DNA of 64,000 nt from Octopus bimaculoides (taxonomy: Eukaryota), in the NCBI RefSeq assembly GCF_001194135.2, contig NC_068989.1, positions 88,587,267 to 88,651,266 on the forward strand, given 5' to 3'. Each line of letters begins with the position of its first letter. The stretch's first letter is position 1. The position numbers were made by a program, and so were the translations under genes. Shown piece after piece: positions 36,291 to 50,869 of the stretch. The notes beneath the pieces were generated by a model. That model saw nothing but the letters and a program-made list of their open reading frames with translations. It made no database searches and was not told the DNA's origin.

Positions 36291-37187
36291 CCACATGATA
36301 AATGTCTGGTAGCTTTACTGTTCAGCGTGTAAAAGCCAGAGGAATAAACTATCTTTCGTGGAAAAAGTAAATGTTGGATTCAGGAAGGGTATCTGGCCAT
36401 AGAATGCTGGCTCAAAAAGTTTTGTACAACTCAGAATGTGCCAGCATAGAAAACATTTAAATTAATCCTTTTTCTGTTCCCTTTTCTTTTTCTCTTCTTT
36501 TTTTTTTTTACTGTTCCTTTTTCCTCTTTCACTTCTCTGTTTTTTCTTTTTTTCCCCCTCCTTATCTTATTTTCTCTCCACCAGCACACCCGATGACAGG
36601 AAACCTCTATATAGCTGTGCAAATCCCATTGTTTTTCAGTCAGAACTGGCCTTATGATCCTGTGTCCTCACAAGTGGAACCCTTGCCAGAGACTGACTCA
36701 ACTAAAGTAGAATATATTATTACTCATCACTTTGGTACTGAGTACTCTTTTTTCCCAAGAGTCAGCACTAAATGGGTGTGATACAGGCACATATGCCATC
36801 AGTAATTACTCAGGGTAGGCAGCTGGTGACCTTTATGTAGTAAAACACACAGAAAATAAGTGACACACATGACTGAGTTGAAGGCAGATTTACTTCTGCG
36901 TTTGTAGCACGTAAAGAAAACATTGTTGTAAGAGTGTACGCAGCACATGTACTACAGCAGTTCTATGCATAATTTAAATATTGAGATTGAAAGGCAGGGA
37001 CAAATTATGCCTACCTAATCTAAAGAAAAATAAAATATTTTGCATTTTATGCATAGGAATCAGAGCAACCTTCATAAGTTTATTGAATTAGGTACTTATT
37101 TTGCCATAAAAGGAATATGTTGCTATCGATCTATTTCATTCAAGGTAGGCACTGCCCATCTTGGTGGCATGTCCCTGGTATAATATA

Positions 37188-38285
37188 TATATATGCGACC
37201 AAGTTAGTAGTGGGGGTGGGTGCGCTGAAAGTGTAGCTGCTAGAATAAGAATAACCTGGGCAAAGTTTAGAGAGCTCTTACCCCTGCTGGCGACAAAGGG
37301 ACTCTCACTCAGAGTAAAAGGCAGACTGTATGACGCATGCGTACGAACAACCATGCTACATGGCAGTGAAACATGGGCTGTAACTGCTGAGGACATACGT
37401 AAGCTCGCAAGGAATGAAGCCAGTATGCTCCGTTGGATGTGTAATGTCAATGTGAATACCCGTCAGAGTGTAAGTATCTTGAGAGAAAAGCTGAACATTA
37501 GAAGCATCAGTTGTGGCGTGCAAGAGAGACGATTGCGCTGGTATGGACATNNNNNNNNNNNNNNNNNNNNNNNNNNNNNNNNNNNNNNNNNNNNNNNNNN
37601 NNNNNNNNNNNNNNNNNNNNNNNNNNNNNNNNNNNNNNNNNNNNNNNNNNNNNNNNNNNNNNNNNNNNNNNNNNNNNNNNNNNNNNNNNNNNNNNNNNNN
37701 NNNNNNNNNNNNNNNNNNNNNNNNNNNNNNNNNNNNNNNNNNNNNNNNNNNNNNNNNNNNNNNNNNNNNNNNNNNNNNNNNNNNNNNNNNNNNNNNNNNN
37801 NNNNNNNNNNNNNNNNNNNNNNNNNNNNNNNNNNNNNNNNNNNNNNNNNNNNNNNNNNNNNNNNNNNNNNNNNNNNNNNNNNNNNNNNNNNNNNNNNNNN
37901 NNNNNNNNNNNNNNNNNNNNNNNNNNNNNNNNNNNNNNNNNNNNNNNNNNNNNNNNNNNNNNNNNNNNNNNNNNNNNNNNNNNNNNNNNNNNNNNNNNNN
38001 NNNNNNNNNNNNNNNNNNNNNNNNNNNNNNNNNNNNNNNNNNNNNNNNNNNNNNNNNNNNNNNNNNNNNNNNNNNNNNNNNNNNNNNNNNNNNNNNNNNN
38101 NNNNNNNNNATATATATATATATATATATATACCGTCTGAGCGTGATCGTTGCCAGAGCACTAGCAGTCTGGCTTCCGTTCCAGGGGCACGTAAATAGCA
38201 CCATTTGAGCGTGATCGTTACCAACGTCGCCCTCCTGGCACGTGAAAAGACATTTGAGTGAGTTCATTGCCAGTACCGCTGGACC
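37188..38285 (+). mobile_element. RTE LINE post-RT ORF segment (intact up to the gap) and 3' UTR subunits after the gap
   Basis: DQVSSGGGCAESVAARIRITWAKFRELLPLL...KGRLYDACVRTTMLHGSETW...ERRLRWYGH has no stops. 38133-38285 holds GGCACGTAAATAGCACC subunits. Continuity across the gap is unproven. Confidence 0.85.
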
Positions 38286-38879
38286 CTTCCTTCATTCATT
38301 TTTATCAATAAAGTTTGTGTGATTAGGAAATTTGCTCCGCAACCACACAGTTTCAGGTTCAGTTCGATGGCATGACAACTTGGGCAAGTATTTTCTACTA
38401 CACCTCCTGGCTGACCAGTGCCTTGTAAATAGACTTGGTAGATGGAAACTGAAAGAAACCCACTGTGTGTCTGTGTGTTTGTGTCTTGTCTTGATACCTC
38501 ATGATTGTTGTAAACGAGTATCACCATTATACAAGCAGTGTCATTTATTTCCAGTCTGTTGTAAAAACATGTCAGGTCACATATATGCATATAATGGGAG
38601 AAATAGATTAGAAATGAGTGATTATTATAATACTTTTATGAATTCCACAACACATAGAAATGATAGAACAAGTAATAATACAAGCCATAATGATTGTAGC
38701 AACCGTAATAGGCATCAGGTCAGCTAGACTAACGTTAAACATATTAGCACAAGCATTATGGGTTGCCCCAGTAGCAGTAACACTATGACACATCTAGCAA
38801 AAACCTTACTCATACCACACTAGAAATAGTTATGCTGACAATAGAAATTTTAATAGTACAATTAATGATGATCATAGAA

Positions 38880-39210
38880 GGATGTCTGTTTGGAAGAAAT
38901 GCAACTGTGGGATACCTGGTGATTTCCTCTTGAATGGCCACTGCTGTAGGTATAATGTAGTCTATAAATGCATGGTCCTTAAACAAAAAAACTCCACTAA
39001 AATATATATTGGAGCCTTGGTTAACTTTAAATGTTGGTTTTTAGCTCACCTTAGCTTGTTTACCTCTGCAAAATGCAAAAAAGATTGAACCTCGCTAGCT
39101 AACCACATAAAGCATCGTCTACAGTATTACCAGGTCAATCATTTATATGGAAAGCCCTTATTAGGGTAGTCAAACTCCTTGTTATCTATGCAGTAAAGCA
39201 TCTATCGAAT
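38880..39210 (+). mobile_element. Penelope-like GIY-YIG endonuclease remnant
   Basis: CNC....LNGHC...VVYKC.V......IYIG...FK...H...TSLANHI. Confidence 0.7.
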
Positions 39211-39547
39211 TCTTAAAACATAATCCCCATCACCTTTTGAAGCACTTTACTATAAATCAGTCAATATATTGTGCATAGATATATGTACTTAACACCTGCC
39301 TAATTAGTAGGATCTGTAATCTTCTTAACTTGCTCTGAACCTCCTAATTTCGTCCATTAGATTATACTCTGTTATTACACTGCAACCTACTTTCATTGAT
39401 GTATTTATTGTTTACATTAACTATATTATAGATGCTACAACACTACCCCCCCCCCATTACTGAACTCCAGTTTATTATCCTTGTTTTATTGTCTCTGTAA
39501 CCCCTTCAGCCTTTCTCCCTAACATGATGAATTCCAGTTGTCTATGT

Positions 39548-39800
39548 GAAGGCACGTGGCTTAGTGGTTACGGTATTTGGCTCATGAGTTCAATTCATGG
39601 CAGCATCATGTGCCCTGGAACCGGTAATTCAAAGGGCCAGCCTTGTCACATTCTGTGTCACATTGAATCTCCTTGAAAACTATGTTAAGGATACCCCATG
39701 TCTGTGGAGTGCTCAGCCACTTGCACATTAATTCTATGAGCACGCTGTTCCATTGATCAGACCAACTGGAACCCTTGTCGTTGTAACCAACAGAATGCCA
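39548..39800 (+). mobile_element. SINE sharing its 3' half with 56705-57063
   Basis: A-box-like TGGCTTAGTGG; shared GTGCTCAGCCACT and CAACTGGAACCC segments. Confidence 0.65.
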
Positions 39801-40214
39801 GTTATGTCTGGATGTGTTTATATTTGTTTGTATACATGGTTGTATTTATATATGTGTATATTTATGTATGTATATATGTTTGTTTATATATGTGTATGAA
39901 TTACAGAATGTAAAGGGTATAACATTGCTGAATATCAGTTTCTGTTGCCAAGTCACTGTACGAAGGAATGTTAGCAAGGAATTCTCATACAGCTGAGAGT
40001 TTGGGTTTCTTGGGCAAAGGTCATTGCCTTCACCATCCTCGCTATTTCTGTTATCACCAGCTAGAAGTTTTTATACCTTCTGATTAAATTGGGTATCCAG
40101 GGTCACCTTTCCCTGTTTTTCAGTCATCATCTGTAACCTGTTTTGCCTACAACTCTGAACTCTTACAATAAAACTCCAACTCCTTCAGAATCATATTTTA
40201 TCCCAACATTAAAC

Positions 40215-40449
40215 CAGGGCTGTGGAGTTGAAACAAAAAAACTTTGACTCTGACTCCTCTACTATTAGCACCTTTGACTCCAACTCCACTTTATGTAATT
40301 AAGTGATAGTGGTCTACATATCTCAAAGCATATGCATATGCTTGTACTTTGAGTAGGCCTTTATGTTATAACTGGTTTATATTAAAGAATATAAAGATAT
40401 TGTGAGTCAGAGTCAGTAAAACTATACCGACTCTGACTCCACAGCCCTG
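40215..40449. mobile_element. hAT-type MITE
   Basis: Perfect 14-bp TIRs CAGGGCTGTGGAGT / ACTCCACAGCCCTG and a perfect 8-bp TSD CATTAAAC (40207-40214, 40450-40457). Confidence 0.9.
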
Positions 40450-40929
40450 CATTAAACAGTTTTTTCTCCCCCAAGCATTAACTAGATTAGTTGTTTCCAG
40501 TGCCTTTCATAAAGCTGCTATATTGAATACTAGGTGCTGGTGTGACTGTGTGATAAGAAGTTTGCTTCCCAACCACATGGTTCTGGGTTCAGTCCCACTG
40601 CATGGCTCAATATTTCTATCATGGAAACTTGTAAAGCATCCCACACTACATAATGTGGCCTTGCAAAATACACATTGGAAATTTGTTTCAACTACCCGTC
40701 CACTGGGTACGTTATCTTTTTTATGAAGACATTCATGGCGTTGCCTTTTGTGACCCTTAATTTTCCCTAATTTATGGAAACCTGCTGAATTTAGAGGGAT
40801 ATTCCTCTGGTAGACTTAAGCCCCCCCCCCCCCAGCAGTTATTTCTTTGGATGAAAAGACAACCCTCAACTGTGTTGCTACATCTGCTTGAAACTGTAGA
40901 TAGTTGCATTGCTTTTGACACCTCCCCCC

Positions 40930-41950
40930 TGATTTGGTATATAGTATGAATAATTTAAATGCATTAACAATGTTTGTGTTTATTATACACCAAACCAGGT
41001 ATAGCCAACATTCATTACCTGGTCAATAATCATAGGATTCAGTTGATCTGCACCACCCATGTACCTGTATTAATTGAGGTTCACAAATGTGGTGCCATTT
41101 TCATCCACATGTGGTTGTGCATAGGTAGGTAGAAAATCTCTGTATGTGGTCACTAACAAATTTCCTTTCTACCATTGGAGTATTTCACCTCTTTTTAATT
41201 TTGCTAGTTTTGATATCCAACAGCATTTTTGATATCCTACTTGCAACTACTGTAGCACATGTATATGTTGCCACAACTTCTAAATCCACCACAAGTTTAA
41301 CCAAACTGAAAAAAAAAAAACGGTCTAAAAATAATATACAAGCCTTGTTATGGTAGAGGGGCAATAAATTTTAGACCACATTGTACCCCAAACCATGCTG
41401 GCATACATTATTGTCCCTATTTCCTGTAGAAAAAAATTAAACTCACAGCAGTTCCCAGTATTGGCTTTACAAATCTTCCAATCTTTGATCCCCCATTTTG
41501 TAGGTTTTCCCGGAATGTACTTGACCTTTATATCCCACCATAGCCTCATCGACAGATAGGTATCTCTCTGGTTTGTACAATGTTTTATGTGCATTTAGAA
41601 TGCAGTCGATGAGGGGTTTTATTTTAAATAAGGGATCACAGTTTGGTTCTCCTCATACAGGTGTGCTCATAATGTCTCTTATATGTAGCTTAAAAATCTT
41701 TTCTGTATCATGATACTGGGAAACGTATTGGTCTCCAAAAGGTTTATTGCTATCCCAGTCCATTATTCTGGGTAGTTTTCTTGTACCCATAATTAGATTG
41801 CAAAAAATGCTTGGATTTATCTAAGCATGTGAGAAATCACAAACCATCTTCTTTATTTCTTTGTTTATATTCTGCATGATGATTCGTTCCTGTAGTAATT
41901 GTTTCAACCAATCTAAGAGGGAAAAAATATTTAAAAATAGTCAAATGGTT
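40930..41950 (-). mobile_element. Decayed piggyBac (PGBD4-like) transposase
   Basis: KYIPGKPTKWGIK.W.IC.A.TG and YMGGADQL motifs; stops and frameshifts. Confidence 0.75.
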
Positions 41951-42189
41951 TTGTCTCCTAGAAAAGACTGTGACTAGGTCCAATCTCTTCAGAAAATCAG
42001 TTTTCAAACTTCAACTCCATTCAGGTACAAATCTGTTTTCTTTGTTGCTGTCTGAGTTATCACTAGAATTGCTGGTTTCACTTTTGGAAATAGAAATATC
42101 CAATCCATACTCACACAACATGTAGTTTTTGTGTTCGTTGTATATTTTGCTTGTTTTTTTTTTTTTTCCATGTCTTCATTCATTGAAAT

Positions 42190-43720
42190 TCCTTCAAATT
42201 TTAATTTACTACTTTTTCCAGCTTGGTTACTATACTTTTGAAATAACCACTTCCACTGCTAACAAGGTTACCTAGGTAACAGAAGCTATCAATTATTCTT
42301 AGTGAGCTACCTGAGCATTTAAGACAATCTATTTCCAATATGTTCCTTCCAGTGCATCTGCCATATACAAAGCTTGCATTCTCTATTAGCTTGCCAGTGA
42401 TTTGTGCATTCATACCTACTTGGTGTAGCACACTGAGTTTCTCCTTTTGTGCATATTAAACAAGGCCATTTCCAGGGCCCTCTCTTGCCTGCTTACTGAC
42501 ACCTTCATTTTTGCTATGTTTGTGTTGTTTTTTGATTCTAGATTTTGCTTCCATTCCCAGATTTTTTTCTTCTAATTTCACTATAGATTCAGCTATAATA
42601 GATCAGCAGCATCTAAGAGTTTATGTGGACAGTCAAGTTTTAAACTTCTTTGTAATAGCTTGGCCGGTGGCACGTAAAAAGCACTCACTACACTCTCAGA
42701 GTGGTTGGCATTAGGGAGGGCATCCAGCTGTAGAAATTCTGCCAAATCAGATTGGAGCCTTGTGCAGCCATCTGGTTCACCAGTCCTCAGTCAAATCGTC
42801 CAACCCATGCTAGCATGGAAAGCGGACGTTAAATGATGATGATGATGATGTAGGATAATAATGAATAGGAAAGGGCTGAGGACTGAACTTGTTGCCAGCA
42901 GTGATAGAAAGTCTCTGAATGTTTTCTAGCCTGTCCTTATCTTGTATATCCTACATGCTCAGCAAGACTGTTTCCCTAAAGATAAGAAGATACTGTCTTT
43001 CCTACTTACTGAAACCTTAGTCTTTGCTAAAGTTTACTTTGAGGCCTCTCGATTTGAGGTTTAGCTTCCATCACTGGAATTTTCTCTCTAATTCTCTTAC
43101 AGAGTCATCTATTAGAACTATCTAGATCATTAGCATCTAGGAGTTCCCAAGGACAGCCAGTTTTAAATTCCCTTGTGGTGGCCTGTAGGACCATGATGAA
43201 TAGAACACTGAGATCTGAGCCTTGATGGACCCTTATCTTCATGCTAAATTTCTTACTACACTCATTGGACTGCAACTTTGTACATTTTTTATACCAACCC
43301 CACAAGCCATTCACCTGCATCTAGTTTCCTTAGTGACCGTTAAATTACAGAGCATGACATTCTGTCAAAGGTTTTCTCCAAGTCATAGAGTGTTAGGTAT
43401 AATGGTTTACGCACAGCTAAGTACTTCTGCAGTTGCCTCACTGGAAAGTTGGCATCCACAGTACTTCTTCTGAACATAAAGCTGACCTGCACGTTATCTA
43501 CTCTCATTCTGTTCCTGATCTTCCTGTGACCTTCATAATCCTGTCTAACAGTTTGGTGCTTCTATAACTTTCTCTTTCTCTTTTGCATCTCCTTTGTTCT
43601 TGTCAGTAGTTTACAATACTATTGCCGTGCCAGTCTTTCACTTGCAACATCTTGATGTATTACTGCATTGACTATTTGCATGACTAGTACACATCATACT
43701 TTGAGCATTTCAGTGACCCT
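42190..43720 (-). mobile_element. Two overlapping decayed RTE RT remnants (43720-42900 and 42660-42190) with a young plus-strand RTE tail (42660-42850) between them
   Basis: VHQGS.LS.LF..VLQA...FKTGCPWELL..DL and F..GRCTG...IIDSFCYLG.LVSSG. Confidence 0.78.
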
Positions 43721-44454
43721 CCTTGGTAGACTGGTTGCTTTCCTTACCTTCATGTCTTTCATACAACACTGCTATCAATTCTACATCATCATCATTATCA
43801 TCATCATCGTCATCATTATTTAATGTCTGTTTTCCATACTGGCATGGGTTGGACAGTTTGGAGAGCTACACCAAGCTTCATATCTATTTTTGTATGGTTT
43901 CTACAGTTGTGAAGTATTGCTTCTAGTGCTGGTGCCTTGAAAAAGTGCTTTGTAAAGTGGTTGGCATCTGGAAGTGCATCCAGTGAAAGAAACCATTCCA
44001 AAGCTGAGACATTGGACAACAGTGTGGTCCTCCCCCTTGTTGGGACATGTTGAACTGTTCAGTCCATGCCTGCACAGAAAGCAGATGTAAATGATGATGA
44101 TATATATATATATATATATAGAATCTAGTTGGATTGAAATGTATACACATGCACACAGATTGGAATGCCCAAGGGCCTCAGCATATTCTCTCTACCAGAG
44201 AATGGCTTGACATAGCTTGGCAGAGGGGTACAGTTTTTTTTTTGTATTCATACCCAGGAGTAGTTAAGTTGATTATATTGACCCCGGTGCTCAGCTGGTA
44301 CATATATTTTATTGATCCCAAAAGGATGAGAGGCAAAGTCGACTTAGGTGGAATTCGAAGACAGATGAAATATCATTAAGCATTTCACACGCATACACAC
44401 AGGGCTATGTTTATCATAGAGATGAACTGGTCAAGAAATACATACATACATATA

Positions 44455-44835
44455 TACTCTTTTACTTGTTTCAGTCATTTGACTGCAGCCATGCTGGAGC
44501 ACCGCCTTTAGTCGAGCAAATCGACCCCAGGACTTATTCTTTGGAAGCCTAGTACTTATTCTATCGGTCTCTTTTTGCCGAACCGCTAAGTTACGGGGAC
44601 GTAAACACACCAGCATCGGTTGTCAAGTGATGATGGGGGGACAAACACAGACACACAAACACACATACATATATATATACATATATACGACGGGCTTCTT
44701 TTAGTTTCCGTCTACCAAATCCACTCTCAAGGCTTTGGTCGGCCTGAGGCTATAGTAGAAGACACTTGCCCAAGGCACCACGCAGTGGGACTGAACCCAG
44801 AACCATGTGGTTGGTAAGCAAGCTACTTACCACAC
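44455..44835 (-). mobile_element. SINE family 1
   Basis: Well-preserved copy. Confidence 0.88.
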
Positions 44836-44929
44836 CTCTAATGTATATATGTGTTTGTGTACATCTGTGTATGTATTTGTGTTTATATATGTATGTAAAA
44901 TATACACAAGTGTGTAACATATATATAAG

Positions 44930-45270
44930 CCAAGTGAAACTGTGACTGTGGCCTATGTCAGTGCAGCATAACCGGCCCATTTAAAAGCCCCCTTCAATCA
45001 TTGGGCAATAAACTGTGCTTGTGAAAAGGCCTATTGAGTCAAGTGAAGTCATTGTTATGGCTGATGCCAGTACCGCCTGACTGGCACCTGTGCCAGCGGC
45101 ACGTAAAAAGCACCCACTACACTCAGAGTGGTTGGCATCAGGAAGGGCATCCAGCTGTAGAAACCTTGCCAGATCAGATTGGAGCCTGGTGCAGCCTTCT
45201 AGCTTGCCAGGTCTGTCAAACCGTCCAACCCATGCCAGCATGGAAAACGGACGTTAAGCAATAATGATGA
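44930..45270 (+). mobile_element. RTE 3' UTR, long copy
   Basis: Collinear with the UTR of 16148-16695. Confidence 0.83.
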
Positions 45271-46014
45271 TATATGTACACACACACACACACACCACAC
45301 ACACACACACATGTAAAAGTACAAGTAGGTAGCCAACGTTGCCTGTGTTTATTTATACATAAAATAAATACACCCTATTAGTTATGTAATGAAAAACTAT
45401 GAAATGATAGAAGGATAATAAAGATGTCCTCTATGGACAATGACAATAGTTTGTTGATGGTTGCAGAGTAATTACATCAGTTTCACAAAATGTAAAAAAA
45501 ATATAAATTTTCAGAAAATATCACATTGTGTTAGAAAGTAGCCCCAAATGGATATTTAATGCTGTGTAATGTTTATCTTCCCCCATAACTTTTTATATTT
45601 TTTCCTCTTTTTTTTTTTTTTTTGCTTTTTTTGTTTCAAGCATTGTATACCATAATTTTTTAAAAACCAAAACAATAAAGAAATGATGCCTGTATCTTTG
45701 TGTTTGTCACACCCATCCATCCATGACAATCATTGAGATTTTTGTATTCCATAACTTAACAGTTTGGCAAAAGACTTTCAAAAAAAAGAAAACAGTATTG
45801 GTGTCAATTTATTTGCATAGACCCTTCAAGGCAGTACCCCTACATAGCTGCAGTCTAATGTCAGAAACAAGTAAAAGAGAAAAATGAAAAATATGTGCAG
45901 CACCTTTTGCCCTCAGCAGAATTTGAAATCAGAGCAGAGAGAGCATAACAAATACTAGAAGAAGCCAGTTTCAGAACGATTTAAAAAAAAAAAAAAAAAA
46001 ATTTGCATATTGAT

Positions 46015-46400
46015 AGGTGTAGGCATGGCTGTATGGTAAGAAGTTTGCATCCCAACCACATGGTTCCGAGTCCAGTTCTGGGTTCAGTCCCACTGCATGG
46101 CACCTTGGGCAAGTGTCTTCTTCTACAGCCACGGGCTGACCAAAGCCTTGTGAGTGGATTTAGTAGGTAGAATCTGAAAGATGCCCGTCATATAAACACA
46201 TACACACACATCTATCTATATATCTGTGTGTGTGTGTGTGTGTGTGTCCCCTCACTGTACTACTTGACAACTGATGTTGGTCGTTTATGTTGCTGTAACT
46301 TAGTAGTTTGGTAAAAGAGACTGAGAGAATAAATACAAGACTTAAAAAACAAGTACCAGGATTGATTGGTTCAGCTAAATACTTCCAAGTTGGTGCCTCA
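46015..46400 (+). mobile_element. SINE family 1
   Basis: Head, microsatellite and tail present. Confidence 0.8.
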
Positions 46401-47030
46401 GTCTGACTACAGACCAATGACTGCACCAAGTTAAAGATAGAAATGATAGATACATGCAGACAAAACCAGCACCGTTGAAGGTTCCCAGTCAATAATTTAA
46501 CAGGATATTCAATAGGGTTGTTCTTACCTTTCATTATTAGATTTTGCAGGTAGCGGTAAGAAAATAGTATTCCTTTTAACTTCTTTCGGGTCATTTAGCA
46601 CATGCTGTTGAAACACATGTACACGACTTATACAGGGTGGGGAATGAAGTGAATACCAGTGGTGAATATCATTGGTTGAAATTTGTTTTTTATACAACTT
46701 TCTAGTTCTATGCACATACATACACACACAATGATAGTGAATATCTAAACAAAATACAATTTGTCAGCTAAAAAGAAAGCTTAATTTTATTGTCATTTAA
46801 AAAATGGTGCATAGCCTATTACCCACCCCTTCAAGTGATCCCCTCTTCTGAAAAATTTTGTTTTGGCAATCTTTATATAGTGGCCTTTGACTGAGAAAAT
46901 ACATACAATGATTTTAAAGCAAATTTCTCAGCTACTTGGCATTACCTGTTTTTATATATGTAGTTGTATGTGTGTGTGTGTTCATATGAACATGGGCATA
47001 TGTGTATGCATATGCATGTGTGTATACATA

Positions 47031-47090
<60 letters not shown>

Positions 47091-47559
47091 TGCATATATA
47101 TATGTGTGTGTATGTATATATATACACACACACACATATATGTATGTATATATCTGTGTGTATGTGTAGGTGTATGCATGTGTGTCATGTTTTAATTAAT
47201 TGGTCAAATGACCGTGTACAGTTGCTGTTTCTTTACCATCCTCCTTTCACTGTTTGCTCTTTTCAAGTTTATGAATTTCAACTTAATCCTTTGAAGCTGT
47301 GACCACTTCTCCTAAACATTTCTTCCTACTTTCTGATTTGTAACCCAAAATAACTTTACAGTCTTCAAAGTTAGATATATATATTGATCAATCAATATGT
47401 TTATCTATCCACACATCAAACTGATTCTGTTGTCTCTTCATTTCAAAGGCCATCTAGTTATATCAGTCAATTAATTGGTTTTGAGTCATTTGTACACACA
47501 CACACACATACGTGTGTGTATGTGTAAATGTAGATATGTATAATGTGTGTGTATCATTT

Positions 47560-48678
47560 TCTCTTTTACTTGTTTCAGCCATTTTACTGAATTTTAGTCA
47601 ACTGAATTAAACCCTGTACTTTTTTTAAACCTGGTACCCACTGTATCACTTTCTTTTGCTGAACCACTAAGTTATGGGGATGTAAACACACCAACACCTG
47701 TTGTCAAGTGCTGGTGGGGGATAGACACACACACACACACACACATACACACACATGTAGGACAGGTTTCTTTGAGTTTCTGTCTACCAAATAGACTCGC
47801 AAGAAGACACTTGCCCAACGTGCCATGCAATGGGACTGAACCCTGAACCATGTAGTTGGGAAGCAAGCACATTACCACACAGCCGCAACTCTGTGTGTGT
47901 GTTAAGGCACATGGGTTTTGATGTTGTTCATTCCATGGCCTTGCTTTTTACTGAGCAAAATGATAATATAATGACATTACTTTAACATTACAACCAACAT
48001 GTGTGTGTGTGTATGTATAAAATATGTATGTAAGTTTGTATGTATGTAGAATGCCTTTCCTAATGTCATCCATTTTACTCTGAACATGCTGTTATGTGTG
48101 TGTGTGTATGGGAGGGGAGTTAGGAAGCACTTTTAGCTGTAGAGACCATGCAAAAACTGATGCCCTGGTGCAAGAAGTGATCCTGCAGCCTGTTGAACCA
48201 GTGCCAGCATAGAAAGTGGGAGAAAAATTAATGTTAGTGATGAGGATGGTGTGTGTATTAGCCCGCCTTCCACAACTTGCTTATATATTACTCGTTTACT
48301 TGTTTCAGTCATTTTGACTGCGGCCATGCTGGGGCACCACATTTAGTTGACCAAATCGACCCCAGGACTTATTCTTTGTAAGCCTAGTACTTATTCTATC
48401 AGTGTCTTTTGCCGAACCGCTAAGTTACAGTGACGTAAACACACCAGCATCGGTTGTCAAGCGATGTTGGGGGGACAAACAGACACACATACATACATAT
48501 ATATATACATATATACGACGGGCTTCTTTCAGTTTCTGTCTACCAAATCCACTCACAAGGCTTTGGTCGGCCTGAGGCTATAGTAGAAGACACTTGACCA
48601 AGGTACTATGCAGTGGGACTGAACCCAGAACCATGTGGTTGGTAAGCAAGCTACTTAGCACACAGCCACTCCTACGCC
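47560..48678 (-). mobile_element. Two SINE family 1 copies (about 47560-47885 and 48290-48678)
   Basis: Collinear with 44455-44835. Confidence 0.82.
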
Positions 48679-48924
48679 TATTCTACAGATTCTCACTTCA
48701 ATATCTTCAATATCCTTGTTTTCTTCATCCTCAAGTATTTCAAAATTATTTTCTTCCCCAACTGCCACACTTTCTGCTCATATTCACTGTTATAATGTAG
48801 GACGTCATTGGATTTGACTTTCACAGCCTATCCTATTCAATATTTTGTTCTCTCTCTCCTCCCACCCTCTCACTGGTAAAAATGAAATAAAGATCCTTCC
48901 CAAGTCATATAGACTCACGGGGCC

Positions 48925-49481
48925 AGTTTCTAACGTCCGTTTTTTACATGCTGGCATGGGTTGCACATTTTGACTGAGAGCTGGCAAGCCAGAAGGCTGC
49001 GCCAGGCTCCAATCCAACCTGGCAGTGTTTCTACAGCTGGATGCCCTTCCTAACACCAACCACTCCGAGTAGTGGGTGCTTTTTACGTACTACCGACACA
49101 AGGGCCAGTCTGGCAATACTGGCATTGGCCATGCTTGAATGGTGCTTTTTATGTGCCACCTGCACGGGACCAGTCAGCCGGCATATATGATATCCCCTCC
49201 ACCCCCTGGACAGTACAATTTCTTCTTTAAGCCTGATACTTATTCTATCAGTCTTTTTGCCAAACCACTAAGTTACGGAGACATAAAAACACCAACACCA
49301 GTTGCTAAGCAGTGGTGAGTGTTTTTTTGCAGGAGTTGAACAGATTAATTATATTTTAGTTAATTTCAATGGGGAAAATTGATATGTAAAACAAACAAAT
49401 CATATGATGAGCTCGGTCATGGAATGAATTAAACTCGTACTGTGAGGTATGTATATACACACATACATACATGTGTATGTA

Positions 49482-49522
<41 letters not shown>

Positions 49523-49547
49523 ATATATATATANNNNNNNNNNTGTA

Positions 49548-49624
<77 letters not shown>

Positions 49625-49755
49625 CAGGTTTCTTTCAGTCTGTTGTCTACCAAATCCACTCACAAAGCTTTGGTTGGCCCAAGGCTATTGTAGAAGACAA
49701 CTTGCCAAGGTGCCACACAGTGGGACTGAACCTGGAACCTTGTGGTTGGGAAGCA
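48925..49755 (-). mobile_element. RTE 3' end (48925-49185) followed by a SINE family 1 copy with a greatly expanded microsatellite (49215-49755)
   Basis: Motifs as above; a 10-bp N gap lies inside the microsatellite. Confidence 0.72.
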
Positions 49756-50194
49756 TTATCATCCAATGACCTGTGCCTTTCAGATGATGATGTGTATGCA
49801 TATATTTGTGTATGTATGCTACTTTCAATTCAAACAAAAACCTGATGGCATTTTTAATAAATTCATGATGAAATTGTCATTCTCAACAACAATTTCCCCA
49901 GCTGGTAACCTTGACGATCTCTAAAATCAACAAGCACATTGAATCCACTCCTAATTCCAAACAAAACACAGTCACACTTATCTACAAAGTTATGAAAACT
50001 TAAACATAGATAAAACAAAATCCCCACTACTCAATCTGTGACTAGTGACCCTAGGAATAAAAGTAGGTGCGGTGACCTAACATCCTTGACCTCGTAATCT
50101 AAAATTAAATGTATAGAGAAAACTAGTTCTAACTTGAGACAAAGTGAAACTAACCATTCAAAGAATAACAGATGGAATGATATACAAACAGGCA

Positions 50195-50580
50195 TATACA
50201 TGACTGTGTGGTAAGAAGCCTGCTTCCAAAGCATATGGTTCTGGGTTCAGTCCTTCTCGGTGGCACCTTGGGCAAGTGTTCTCTACTCTAACCTCAGGCT
50301 GACCAAAGCCTTCTGAGTGGATTTGGTAGAGAGAAACTGAAAGAAGCCTTGCATGTGTTGTGTGTCTTTGTGTCTGTGTTTGCTCACCACCACTGCTTGA
50401 CAAGTGGTGTTGGTGTGTTTATGGCCCTGTAACTTAGCTGTTCGGCAAAAGAGACCAATAGAATAAGTACCAAGCTGGAAAAGAAATGATAAGTAGTTGG
50501 GTCGATTTATTTGACTAAAAATTCCTCAAAGCAGTGCTCCAGCATTGCCATAGCCTGATGACTGAAGCAAATTAAAGAAA
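50195..50580 (+). mobile_element. SINE family 1
   Basis: Head, CORE-like segment and tail. Confidence 0.8.
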
Positions 50581-50869
50581 AAAGAAAAAACAAGTATTAG
50601 AAGTATTAACATGGAACCTTCTTGTGTCACAGGATTTCCTACCCCCTCCTACAAGATGAATAACAAAATACGCTTATGCATGCACACACAGACATATTTA
50701 ATTTAGAATCGAAGCTGGTCATGAAGAATGTAGCAAGCCTCATTTGATTAAATCAAAACAGTTCATGGATTTTGTGGATATCTGAGTTGTTTGGTGTGTT
50801 TGTGTGTGTGTGGGTATGCATGTCTCTTTCGTACACAGATGTTTGTGCTTCATTACTGCTTGTGTATGT

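Noticed and set aside
46400-46680. Possible Helitron PIF1 helicase remnant (LQNLI...PVKLLTG)
   Set aside because: Similarity is too short and weak to call by eye.
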